Below are positions 33,898-44,391 of a stretch of 64,000 nucleotides of DNA, piece after piece. The stretch covers positions 409,357 through 473,356 of the forward strand of contig OW569373.1 of NCBI GenBank assembly GCA_937625935.1, in the 5' to 3' direction. Made by a program: the position numbers and the translations under genes. Position 1 is the stretch's first letter. Each line of letters begins with the position of its first letter. The notes beneath the pieces were generated by a model that was given only the letters and a program-made list of their open reading frames with translations, was not told where the DNA came from and ran no database searches. Source of the stretch: Tetramitus jugosus. Lineage: Eukaryota > Protista > Heterolobosea.

Positions 33898-35202
33898 ATG
33901 ACAACAAAAAATTATCGACCCACACCTACGAAAGCAGAACTAAAAAAAGAGGAGAAAACACCAATAAATAAGAAGTCATTACCTGAAGAGAAGGAAGAGA
34001 TCTCAATGCAGGCCAAGATTGAAGAATTATCGAGAGGGAAGGAAGAACTTTCAAAAAAGTTGGAAAAACTGACAAACAGAAATGAAGAATTACTGAAAGA
34101 AAGGGAAAACTTGGGTTCTAGATGTGATCAACTCGAAGAGAAGCTTCTTTTGTGTTCTGTAAATTCTGGATTTGTTGAATTTGTCAAGACCAACCAAGTA
34201 AAAAGAGTTGAAAGTTTAGAGAAACAAGTTGAGGAGTTGAAGAAAACGAATGAAACATTAAGAGCAGATATTGGAAAGAAAAACTCGAACAAGAAATGTC
34301 AAGAATTGCAGAATACCCTTAACATCCTTCAAAGATCAATGGACGAACTAAAGAAGGAGATTGAGGAGAGAGAAAAAACCTCAAGAAGGGAAAGGGAACA
34401 ACTCGAATCACAAATGAAGAATCAAAGTCTAACCTTTCATGCTGAAAAAGTCGGACTGTTAGAAGAGAAAGAAGCATCCCATCTCCTTTGCGAACAAAAA
34501 GACAAGGAAATAGCTGAACAAAAGCAACTACTCATAAATGAGAGAGCTCGTAATGACAGTTCCATAGGTAGTCATTGCTCCAGCAATGGAGAAATCAAAA
34601 TTCCTCTGGTTAGAGAAGTATTTGAGGAAGCGGTCAATTCTCTTTCTGAATTACTCACTTCTTTCTCCAGTTCCTATATTGGTACTGATGTCTGTAGTTT
34701 CCAAAAGAGCAAGAAGAATTTCCACCAGAAAATGATTGTTTCGCTCTTTGGCGAAGGATTATGGAAGATAGTAAAGAAAAAAGAGAAGCGAACAGAAATG
34801 AGAATCTCTAGTATTTTGACAGGAAAGGAGGGAAATGAAGATGAAAAGAAGATTTTGGAAACATCTCTGATGTCAACAATTGAGACTACTATTTATCGTT
34901 TCATTGAAGCAGAATTTCAATGGATGGTTCAAAGATCTGATGAGATCCAAACATGCATCAAGGCTTGCGCTCAACACGCATTACTCCTGGCTACCCATAT
35001 GACTCTTTGTGAGCCCAAAATGGGAGTGATAGTACCAAAATTTGGTAAGAAAGAGACTTTTAATCCTGAAAAGCATGAAGATGCTTCAGGCACCCACCAA
35101 ATGATTGTCAGTTTTACAAAGAGACCAGGTTTGATATGTACAATTGATAACAGAGTTGTAACAAGAGCATCAGTCGAGACTGTCCTAAAGAATTTAGAAT
35201 GA
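33898..35202 (+). CDS. Coiled-coil protein with GrpE-like C-terminal domain, type B1
   Basis: Long heptad region; NERARNDSS, SLFGEGLWK, CEPKM..FNPEKHEDAS..TKRPGLIC..DNRVVTRASVE. Confidence 0.72.
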   Translation: MTTKNYRPTPTKAELKKEEKTPINKKSLPEEKEEISMQAKIEELSRGKEELSKKLEKLTNRNEELLKERENLGSRCDQLEEKLLLCSVNSGFVEFVKTNQVKRVESLEKQVEELKKTNETLRADIGKKNSNKKCQELQNTLNILQRSMDELKKEIEEREKTSRREREQLESQMKNQSLTFHAEKVGLLEEKEASHLLCEQKDKEIAEQKQLLINERARNDSSIGSHCSSNGEIKIPLVREVFEEAVNSLSELLTSFSSSYIGTDVCSFQKSKKNFHQKMIVSLFGEGLWKIVKKKEKRTEMRISSILTGKEGNEDEKKILETSLMSTIETTIYRFIEAEFQWMVQRSDEIQTCIKACAQHALLLATHMTLCEPKMGVIVPKFGKKETFNPEKHEDASGTHQMIVSFTKRPGLICTIDNRVVTRASVETVLKNLE

Positions 35203-35371
35203 CCTGAAAGCAGCAACATATGCTCCAATAATAAAAAATGGTCCTCTCTTCCCACTAACAATTATTCTTTACAACAAGTTATGAACTTTGATGGTGGTTG
35301 CTCAATAAAGTTGTAAGGTCACTCTCAATCTCCCAGCCAGTCGTCAGTTTTTTTGAATTGTTTGTACTTTT

Positions 35372-37753
35372 TTATTCCAATCTCCCAGCCAGATGAGTAT
35401 AGGTTTGTTTCATCTCCGTCAGATTCAAACCTGAAGAAGAAAAGGAACCTCCTCCAATATCTGCAAAGAGCCGTAGTAATGCATGATTGCTAGATGATCC
35501 CACTCCAACCGTATGCAACTTAAAACCTAGATGAGAGTACGTCGTCATCATGTTGTGTAGAGTGGATGAGGATCCTCCATCACTACATTCACCATCGGTC
35601 ATAAATAAGGCGATAGGTGTGTATCCATGAGGAGATCTTGATAAAATAGATTCGATGGATTTCATAGGTGACAGAAAATCGGTTCCACCATCAGCGTTGT
35701 GATTCATCATGTAATCTCGGACTAAACTGGTACTTAATAGTTTTTGTTCAAAACAAATACTAGCAGAACTCTGGTAGAGAACACAGGATACGATATCATT
35801 GGAAGCCGATCTTTGATCTAAAAAGGCATAGCAAGCTTCATAAAGAGCTCCAACACGGTTTCCATGACTGTACTTAAGGAAGTCGAGGGACGGTTGGACA
35901 TCTCTTCCACCCATCGAGCCAGAAATATCATTAGCAAAAATGACGTGATAGTTATGTTCGGGTTCTTGTGGTGGCACTTCTGTTGTTTCAAAAAGTCCTC
36001 CTTCAAACCTGATCACAGCCTCATACTTCTTACCAGAATTCTTCTCGATTGCATTCAGTTTAATTTCTGATTTTCCAAAGAACATTGTGACATCAACAGC
36101 TCTGTTGATACCCCCAGTTGTATCACTCATGTCAACGATAATCTCACCAATCTTTTTGCCAGCGGGTTCATCCACATAAGTCATGTTTGTTACAAGAGTT
36201 CCGAAAACAGCGATCGACATCGATTTTTGATTTGCAAATGAAGCTTTGTAAATCCTGGAAATTCCCTTATCGAACTCAACTTCTTCTCCAATTGTAACAT
36301 ACTTGTCAAAACAATCCATGCAATAATCCTTCGCTCCAATAGTTTTCTTCTTTTGAGAGTTGTGGGTTCCAAGAATAAATGGTTTTAAAGAAGAACAGCC
36401 ATACGTCATTCTCATTCTTCTAGAGTAAATTATACTAGGATCAGCACCAAGATATAAAGCCCCATCCACAATTGCCTCTCCTGGTTCAGGAGGTACAACT
36501 ATTCCTTTTTTCACTCTTGTACCGAACTTGTCCCTGACTAACTTCTGGAGGACTACCGATCCTCCAAAACCTCCAACAATAAATACATAGTCAAAAGGGG
36601 AATTCGTTTCACTGATACATGATGAGAATTGATCTTCTATCAGTGAAGAGATTTGATCGAGGGTGTCGACGTAAATCTTGGTCATATGATCTGAGGGCAA
36701 AATGATTGTATTACAGTCAGAATCAAAGTTCGCACTCTTCACCCCATTCTTTTTGAGAAGTGAATTAAGAACGCCGGGTGCTGTGATGAAAGCTTTCTCC
36801 CCCAAATCCTTCGTTCGACACTTAGTGCTCTCCCAATTACTCATTAACTCAAAGTGCTGAATGGGATACTTTCTTTTGAAATCGTTAATCAATTGTTCTC
36901 CAAACAATTCACACAAAAGAGTTTCAAACTTCCTATCAAGAACAGAGGAACCGCATACTCCTCCAGTACCACTTGTAATCTCCTTCAACTTTCCTTTGGT
37001 ATAGGTATGAGCTGTCAAATCAACAGTTCCACCTCCCGCATCCAAAACCAAGAACTTTTCGCCTTCTCTCAAAGGACTTCCTTGGCGCTTCAATTGCATC
37101 ATACAATAGACAGCAGCAGCCTCTGGTTCCAGCACTAACATAAAAGCATCCTCTGGAGGATCCTCGACTTCAATCATCCCAGCTCTGTATGCAGCCTTAC
37201 GCATAGCCGCCTTCTCAGAATCTTTCCAAATGGCAGGAATTGTCAAACACCAAATAATCTCACCCGGTTCAATTTCTTTTCCAATCTTTCTTGTTAGGTC
37301 CTCTTTGATCTTGTCAAACAATAACGTGAGATAATCAACAATTACATCATTTGCGTTTTTTTCCGCAGTTCCACTCGTGTCTTTCACGATATGATCGTGA
37401 GTCTGAAGTCCCATCTTGAAAAACTCAAATAGACGCAAGGTCTTGTCCTCATCACCATCCAACATTTCTTTCCAAGCAGTAAAACCCCAATATTCAGGTT
37501 CATCGTCCTCATTGTACGCAATCTTGGTCAGAGTTTTACAATATTTCACTGGTGAGTCCTCCCAGTTCAATTCCTTGTTGCTCTTCATGCATGATTCTCC
37601 AGGGAAACCATATGAATAACCTATTTAGAAAGATTTAGTGATGATGTCCTCCAATACTTGTCAAAAGAATAATTGATTACCTGTTCGTGATGTTCCAAAA
37701 TCAACTGCGATCACAATGGTTTTGGTTACTGTAATATTATCGATGATAGACAT
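35372..37753 (-). CDS. HSPA12-like atypical Hsp70 fused to a C-terminal vWA domain (H1); intron 37621-37680
   Basis: Exon 1 MSIIDN..IAVDFGTSRTG; WCLTIPAIW, EPEAAA, DAGGGTVD, VGGFGGS; vWA DISGSM, GGTDF, FMTDGE, HTVGVG. Confidence 0.9.
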
Positions 37754-37948
37754 TTTTGATGTTTGAAAGAAACCAATATGAGAAAAATGACCTCACAGCA
37801 AAAATCTTGACAAGTGATTGTTGTAACACTGCAGAAAAGAGAAAAGAGGGAGGCTTCCTTCGTTTTTTGACAGATGACGCCCACCATCGCAAAAGTGAAG
37901 GGAAGAAAAATGGATTTTTCGTTTGGTGGGAAACCAAAAAACATCAAC

Positions 37949-39706
37949 ATGGCTGACAAGAGTATTATTGACGAAAGTAGTGGTAATCACAAGAAAGTGG
38001 TTGTTGGTGTGGACTTTGGAACTAATGGAACTGGTTTTTCTTTTTCCTTTACTGGAGATACTGGAAAAACTGTTCATAATTTTCAGGATTGGGATGACTG
38101 TGGAGATGCGAGGTATTGCAAAAATCTGAGTTCTATTCTATATGAAAGATCAGAGGAGATTGCTTCTTCTTGGGGTTACACTGCTGAAAGAGATTATTTA
38201 ACCCAAGATGAAGATTCTGATTCTGATTCTGATTTAGATGTGGCCTCTTCTGTCCATCAGTCACCTACTCAGAAAGTTCTTTTTAAACAATTCAAGATCC
38301 ATATGAAAAAGAATCCTCACGGTAACATTTCCGAAAACGGTCTCGAACTTCCACTAACCAAGGTTATTTCAGATTACTTATACTTTGTTAAGGAGTTGAT
38401 AATGGATAGGGTTACAACATTGGACGCGACCATTGATATCAAGGATATTAGATGGTGTTTTTCTGTACCCGTTGTTTGGGAAGAAATTCACAAGAAACAA
38501 TTAAGAAAGATTGCATTTGAAGCTGGATTTATTGACGACGAAAATTGCCAGGAGAATGATTTTTTGATGGTTTCGGAACCAGAAGCTGCCGCAATTTATT
38601 GCATTGACAATGATATGAAAACAGGAGCAAAGAGTTTGAAACCTGGACAGTTGATTATGATTGTTGATGCTGGAGGAGGTACAGTAGATCTTACAGTCCA
38701 TACTCTCGATACACTGCAACGATTGAAAACAGTGACTATTCCTTCTGGTAACACACTTGGTTCCACAGCATTGGATGATGAATTCCTTTCCATTTTGAGA
38801 GAAAACTTTGGTGAAAAGAACATGGATAACTTCAAAAAAGAGAATCCCTTGATGTTCTTGGAACTCATGTCAAACTGGGAGAAAGCGAAGAGAGATGCAA
38901 AAGATTTCACAAAATCTCTCAAGTTGAATGTTCCTCCCAAATTAATGAAGATAGGAAGAGGATCACCTCTGATGAATGAGGACACCGGAAAGTTAATTCT
39001 GTCTGTCACTCATGTTGAAAGAATTTTCAAGACACCAATCAATGATACTATCCAACAGGTAAAGAAGCAACTATCTGAAACCAAGAAGACGGCTAGAAAA
39101 CCAGTTGATTACATCTTTTTGGTTGGTGGATTCGGACAAAACGAAATATTGAGAAAAAGACTGAAAGAAGAATGTGAGAAAGGTACTACAAAAATTGTGA
39201 TGCCCAAGTTTTGTGGTGAAGCAGTTGTGAACGGTGCTTGTATGCTCGGAAGAGATCCCAGTCTAATTCAAACAAGAAGATCGAGGTACTCATATGGTAT
39301 AGAAGTAGAACAACCTTTCAATCCTTCTATTCACGAAAGTGGACGATGTGTAGCCAAACACGGTGAATATTTATGTACCGGGGTATTCAAGACTTATGCA
39401 AAGAGAGGCCAAGAAGTTGAAACTGACAAGACACAGAGACATTCTTTTTTCATCGCACCCAATCAGGCTGAAGTTGAAGTTAAGATCTATTTCTCACCAA
39501 AAGAAAGAGTAAAGTATGTGGATGAAGTGAATGTTGCTCAGTTGCTTATTATCCCGATAAAGGTACAACCTAAGAATGGGACACAAGAAGTTGGAGTTTT
39601 AATGAAGTTTGGAAAAGCAGAGGTCATCATTGAAGTTGAACTAGAGGATGGCACAGTTACACAAGGAAAAGCGAAATTTTCCTCTGACAGTTTGAAGTTG
39701 TGCTGA
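37949..39706 (+). CDS. HSPA12-like atypical Hsp70 (H2); start probably MADKSIID
   Basis: GVDFGTNGTG, WCFSVPVVW, EPEAAA, DAGGGTVD, VGGFG, RRSRYSYG; no helical lid or EEVD. Confidence 0.9.
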   Translation: MADKSIIDESSGNHKKVVVGVDFGTNGTGFSFSFTGDTGKTVHNFQDWDDCGDARYCKNLSSILYERSEEIASSWGYTAERDYLTQDEDSDSDSDLDVASSVHQSPTQKVLFKQFKIHMKKNPHGNISENGLELPLTKVISDYLYFVKELIMDRVTTLDATIDIKDIRWCFSVPVVWEEIHKKQLRKIAFEAGFIDDENCQENDFLMVSEPEAAAIYCIDNDMKTGAKSLKPGQLIMIVDAGGGTVDLTVHTLDTLQRLKTVTIPSGNTLGSTALDDEFLSILRENFGEKNMDNFKKENPLMFLELMSNWEKAKRDAKDFTKSLKLNVPPKLMKIGRGSPLMNEDTGKLILSVTHVERIFKTPINDTIQQVKKQLSETKKTARKPVDYIFLVGGFGQNEILRKRLKEECEKGTTKIVMPKFCGEAVVNGACMLGRDPSLIQTRRSRYSYGIEVEQPFNPSIHESGRCVAKHGEYLCTGVFKTYAKRGQEVETDKTQRHSFFIAPNQAEVEVKIYFSPKERVKYVDEVNVAQLLIIPIKVQPKNGTQEVGVLMKFGKAEVIIEVELEDGTVTQGKAKFSSDSLKLC

Positions 39707-39774
39707 GCGCAGTTTCGAACTGACAGTACCTAATCAAATCAATAAAAATCAATGACACTCTTTATTCTGTTGCA

Positions 39775-40665
39775 TTATTCCAGTTTTCTTGCAACAGTCT
39801 CCACAGACGCTCTAGCAAACACTCGATTGTCCACTCTGCAGATAAGCCCAGGTCTCTTTACGAATGTAATTACTATCTCCTGTTCGAAAGAAGCATCTTC
39901 GTGCTTGTCAGGATTAAACGATTCTCCATTCGCCCCACTTTTGGGTACAAAAACCGTCATTCGAGGCTCAGAGAGTATTAATGTGCCAGCAAGGTGTAAT
40001 GCATTTCTTGTGAGTGTGTTAATACAAGCAAGTATTTCGACATCTAATCCTATCTCTAGCCCAATCTCTTCACGAATCAACCTCTCAACACTACTGTTCA
40101 AGACACGAAGTAAAGATTCGCAATATCTTTCACTTCCTTTGATTTCTTCTAAAGATATCATTCTCGAAATCTCTGTTTTGCTCATTTTCTTACTTTCCAT
40201 TGTTCTCTTCAACAACTTCCAAATTCCTTCACCAAACAAGGATTCTATCAACCTCTGGTGACACGCTCTCTTGCGCTCTACAAAATCAGAAGTACAGAAT
40301 TCAAACTTTGAGGCAAGAGTTGAAAGAAAGTCAGATAGAGAATTAACTGCTTCATCAAAAACATCTGTCACTTGATTGCTAACACTGCCCAAAGAACTAT
40401 CATTTCTTGCTCTTTCATTAACAATCAATTGGTTTTTCTCATGTATTATCTTGTCTTTCTCTTCTACAATTGTTTTCAATTGTTTTTCCATCAGAATTCT
40501 ACTCTCCTTGAGTTCTCTTCTGAAATTCTCGTTCTGATCGTACAACACTCTCTTTTCGTTTTCCAATCTCTCAATTTCTCTTTTCTTCTCTTGAATTTCA
40601 TTCTCAAGTTCCTCAACTTTTTTTTCATTGCTTTTGTTGTTGCCCCATCCAATCAGAGTAAACAT
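39775..40665 (-). CDS. Coiled-coil protein with GrpE-like C-terminal domain, type B2
   Basis: NERARNDSS, VFDEAVNSLS, SLFGEGIWK, FNPDKHEDAS, VKRPGLIC..DNRVFARASVE. Confidence 0.72.
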   Translation of the reverse strand: MFTLIGWGNNKSNEKKVEELENEIQEKKREIERLENEKRVLYDQNENFRRELKESRILMEKQLKTIVEEKDKIIHEKNQLIVNERARNDSSLGSVSNQVTDVFDEAVNSLSDFLSTLASKFEFCTSDFVERKRACHQRLIESLFGEGIWKLLKRTMESKKMSKTEISRMISLEEIKGSERYCESLLRVLNSSVERLIREEIGLEIGLDVEILACINTLTRNALHLAGTLILSEPRMTVFVPKSGANGESFNPDKHEDASFEQEIVITFVKRPGLICRVDNRVFARASVETVARKLE

Positions 40666-40757
40666 GTTTCTTGCTTTTTGTCGAAATCAAAACTTTATCT
40701 GAGAAAATCAGTTACAATTTCTTTTCTCCGTGACACTACGAATTTTTTTTGGACAAC

Positions 40758-41768
40758 TCAGGTGGATTTGTTGGAAGTTTCAACAAAAGCTTTGCAGAAA
40801 ACTTTGTTGTCCTTTTTGCATATTAATCCAGGTCTCTTCATCAACTCAACAACCATTCTGAATTCTGAAGTTGCATCCTCGTGTTTGTCCGGATTGAATT
40901 CACTGCCTTTCTTTGGTGAAATGATTCCCATTTGAGGTTCAGATACCACCAGGTGAGCCGCGAGAAGAAGAGATTGGCGAGAGCACTCTTGAACCAAAGG
41001 ATCTATCATTTTCATCTCTTTACCAACTTCTTTGTCAATCATAGTTTGGATATGGACTCCAATGTGTGTCTGAAAGAGACATTCCAATTCCTTCTTATCC
41101 AGTCCCTTTTCATCACCTTGTTTTCCAGACAATACCATTGCAACACCGTGTTTGGTTACCTTCTTGGTGTCCATTGGCTTCTTCAAAATCTTCCATATAC
41201 CGGGATCAAGGAGTGATTCAAGAAGCTTTTTGTAAATATTCTTCACTATCCTTTTAGAATCATCTAGAGAATCGGAGCCAAGTTCATTCCTCAAAGTACT
41301 TTGTAGATCTGTAATTGAGTCCATCAACAAGTTAAATTGCTCCTGGACTATTTGAGGCCTGATCGAACCGTCGTTCGAATTGCTAGAAACAATTGAACTG
41401 TCATTACTTGCTTTTGCATTGATTATTGCTTGATTTTTCTCGGCTATTATCTTATCTTTTGCTTCAATAGTAGTTTTCATTGCTTCACACTCTTTCAAAA
41501 GTTGATCTCTTTCGGTAGTACTCGTCTTGCATAAAATTTGGTATCTAGAGTTTAGATCTTGTATATCCGCTTCCTTCTCATTCAATACTTGTACCTGCTT
41601 CTCTTTTTCCTCCTTCAATTGTTGCAGTTGTTGTTGAAAATCTTGAATTTGTTTTTGTTGCTCTTGTAGTTTGAAAGAGTCGTCCGGAGCTGATGGTTCT
41701 AACTCGATTTCTGGAGTCTCCTCCTGCTTTTGAGTCACCCTTGTTCTTCTTGACAGTGATTGACCCAT
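40758..41768 (-). CDS. Coiled-coil protein with GrpE-like C-terminal domain, type A2; N-myristoylation motif
   Basis: MGQSLS start; NAKASNDSS, IRP..EQF, SLLDPGIWK, FNPDKHEDAT, MKRPGLIC..DNKVFCKAFVE. Confidence 0.72.
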   Translation of the reverse strand: MGQSLSRRTRVTQKQEETPEIELEPSAPDDSFKLQEQQKQIQDFQQQLQQLKEEKEKQVQVLNEKEADIQDLNSRYQILCKTSTTERDQLLKECEAMKTTIEAKDKIIAEKNQAIINAKASNDSSIVSSNSNDGSIRPQIVQEQFNLLMDSITDLQSTLRNELGSDSLDDSKRIVKNIYKKLLESLLDPGIWKILKKPMDTKKVTKHGVAMVLSGKQGDEKGLDKKELECLFQTHIGVHIQTMIDKEVGKEMKMIDPLVQECSRQSLLLAAHLVVSEPQMGIISPKKGSEFNPDKHEDATSEFRMVVELMKRPGLICKKDNKVFCKAFVETSNKST

Positions 41769-41979
41769 GCTGAAGTTGATTTGTTATTTTTCTTTCAATC
41801 GTGATGTGTGTCACTTTACAACTATTTTTTTTCAGGCCTGAAATTTGAAGGTTCTCCTGTCCTGGACAGGCTTGTTTCATTCTCCGCATTTTTATCTCCC
41901 GACAACAGTTTCCGCTCCAAAAAAAAGTATGAAGTGTTCTGTGACAGCTCTCCAATGGCCAAGCACAAGAAAGGAGGAG

Positions 41980-42230
41980 AATACTTTAAATATCTTCACG
42001 GCATTCATACACTCAGCATGAAGGATCTGAATATCTCACATCTGGCATTTCCTCATTTGATTGGTATTCTCACGCTCGATATGAGAGGTTGCCATCATGT
42101 GTCTGGCTAAGCATTTGCTCATTTGGCTAGTGTTCATTCACTCAACATCAGTCGTTGCAAAAAATCACATTTAACGTGTTTCCTCATTTGTTTGGCATTC
42201 ACACACTCCTTATGGACGCTTGCGAGCTAA
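41980..42230 (+). pseudogene. Leucine-rich-repeat gene remnant
   Basis: Repeats FxHLxGIHTLxMxxC (YLHGIHTLSM, HLIGILTLDMRGC, HLASVHSLNISRC, HLFGIHTLLMDAC) with an in-frame stop and a frameshift. Confidence 0.7.
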
Positions 42231-42439
42231 GTTACTCTCCTCCAGTCAATTTTTTCAGGATCCTCCTCGAGATACACAAAAATACAGGGGGAGATATCCG
42301 CAGACTCCCTTGGTACATCTGTAGACAAGATAAGACTTTCATCGAAAGGGTGGTTGAGCATTGTGAATCCAGTTCCGTGTAGAGATACTGGTAATCGAAC
42401 ATTCCAAGTTTTCTGGCAATAGCACCTCCTAGGCCTCAG

Positions 42440-42560
42440 ACTGCCAGTATGAACTTTCTTTGCTTCCTCTAGACCAGCGATATATGACCACTTTACTCCA
42501 GTGCTAATTTGCAGGACATCACGACTCATCTCCACTAACTCTTGATCAGACGGGTTTCAT
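42440..42560 (-). pseudogene. Katanin p60/meiotic-clade AAA ATPase fragment
   Basis: RDVLQISTGVKWSYIAGLEEAKK motif; the rest of the AAA domain is absent. Confidence 0.55.
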
Positions 42561-43099
42561 GCGACAAATTTCTTGGGAACTGGCGTCTCATCGTGTTCAG
42601 TACTGCTGTTTGTTTTCTTTTCTCCTGCTTTGTTAATAGATGATACAGCAGATTTTCTTCCGGGTCGGTTCAGTGGTTGTTTGGCATTACTATTCAACCT
42701 CGAGCATTGGTTTCAATCTGTTTCGCTGCCATCCTCTATTTAGGTCAAAGAAAGTTAGATATGTTCTGATAACAAGATTAAGTCACTTTGAACTGACCCT
42801 ATCTGAAGAAACTTGTTCTTCCAGTGAACCTTGAATATATCATCACTGTTGCCATTGTCAGCAGTAGGATCCCTTCTAAAGGAGTTTGTCGTCGTTTCTC
42901 GACCACAATCCATTGCATGAAGCAATCGTTCTGCCATCACTCCGACACGCGACGGAATTCCGTTAGTTCAAAAAAAAGCTACGGTGATTGGAATAACCAA
43001 CGGTTGAATAATCAAACCAAGGCATCCATTTTCGGTTGGTTGGCAAGAAGAGAAAGGAAAGGACCAACAAAAAGAAGCAACAACACTGTAACCTCAATA

Positions 43100-44182
43100 A
43101 TGGTGAGCTGGTGGTCAAAACCAACAACAATCGCGCTCTTTGTAGCGTCATTTACTGTCGTTTCTCTTTTCTTAATGTATCATGTAACAGCAGTGTCGTG
43201 CAGTCGAACACTTCGTTTCCAATCCAATGGTAAATTTAAGATTGTTCAATTCACGGATATGCACTTTGGTGAGAATGGGCAAAATGATGAAAAAACAATG
43301 AAACAACAAGCTCAGATTCTTAAGTGGGAACAACCAGATTTCGTGGTCATATCTGGAGACTCCATCAGTGGTCATCACTATTCCCAAAAAGTTGGTTGCA
43401 TGAAGGATGGAGTCGCTGGTTGCTATCCATTGACTGTCCGAGCAATGATGGATGCCAACATTACTTGGGCATACATTCTAGGGAATCACGACGGAGAAGG
43501 AAATTTGTCTCGTGAGCAAGTTATGAAGCTCGATTTGGGATATCCATTGAGTATGAGTCAAATGGGACCCAATTCGATTAGTGGTCACTCGAATTATGTG
43601 CTCCAAGTTCTTGGATCCAATAGTGACAAAGCTGTCAGTCACCTGTACTTTATGGACACTGGAAACAGAGAATGTATGGGTGTTCCTGGATGGAGTTGTA
43701 TGATGCCTGATCAAGTAGAGTGGTATCGAACAACTTCGATGGAATTGAGAAGAAAACATGGTGCTATTCTTCCTTCTTTGGCCTTTTTCCACATTGCTTC
43801 TCAGGAGTACATGACTTCGCTCAACAATTTACAAGGAAGAGGAACAAAGAAGGAGACAGTGTGCTGTTCATCGGTCAACACTGGAATATTGGGAGCATTC
43901 AAGGAGATGCAGGATGTGAAAGCAACGTATGTTGGTCACGATCACAACAATGACTACATTGTCGATTACAACGGTGTGACACTCAACTATGGAAGAAAGA
44001 CTGGCTTTGGTGGTTACTTTGGTAAGCATTTCAAGAGAGGTGCCAGAGTGATTCAAATCACTGAATCTCCCTTCAAGATCGACACATGGGTGAGACAAGA
44101 AGATGGAACCATTGATAGGCAAACCGACACTCTCACCACATCCAAGTCTCCACAGTTAAAATGTGGTGGCGCAAATTCGTAA
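43100..44182 (+). CDS. Dcr2/PAP14-like calcineurin-like metallophosphoesterase with N-terminal hydrophobic segment
   Basis: FKIVQFTDMH, VVISGD, GNHD, LAFFHI, GHDHNND, RGARVI. Confidence 0.9.
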   Translation: MVSWWSKPTTIALFVASFTVVSLFLMYHVTAVSCSRTLRFQSNGKFKIVQFTDMHFGENGQNDEKTMKQQAQILKWEQPDFVVISGDSISGHHYSQKVGCMKDGVAGCYPLTVRAMMDANITWAYILGNHDGEGNLSREQVMKLDLGYPLSMSQMGPNSISGHSNYVLQVLGSNSDKAVSHLYFMDTGNRECMGVPGWSCMMPDQVEWYRTTSMELRRKHGAILPSLAFFHIASQEYMTSLNNLQGRGTKKETVCCSSVNTGILGAFKEMQDVKATYVGHDHNNDYIVDYNGVTLNYGRKTGFGGYFGKHFKRGARVIQITESPFKIDTWVRQEDGTIDRQTDTLTTSKSPQLKCGGANS

Positions 44183-44391
44183 TTCTCATTTCTATCGCAA
44201 GTACATGTAAATATATGACAAGAGCTTAAGTATTTCGAACGATCCCTTACTGTCTTTTGTTTGATCATCCACTCACTCCAACCACTGAGACTTTAAGTTT
44301 TAACTCAGTTGTTTCGACACCACATATGTACGTAAGAAGAAAGCAGCCATACTAAACTATATACACAGAATTCGCTACCGAATAGATTGAC

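Noticed and set aside
35326-35392. 15-bp direct repeat CAATCTCCCAGCCAG at the end of the Hsp70-vWA gene as an alternative last exon or TSD
   Set aside because: Copies are only 52 bp apart with no splice signals or element between; most likely a local microduplication
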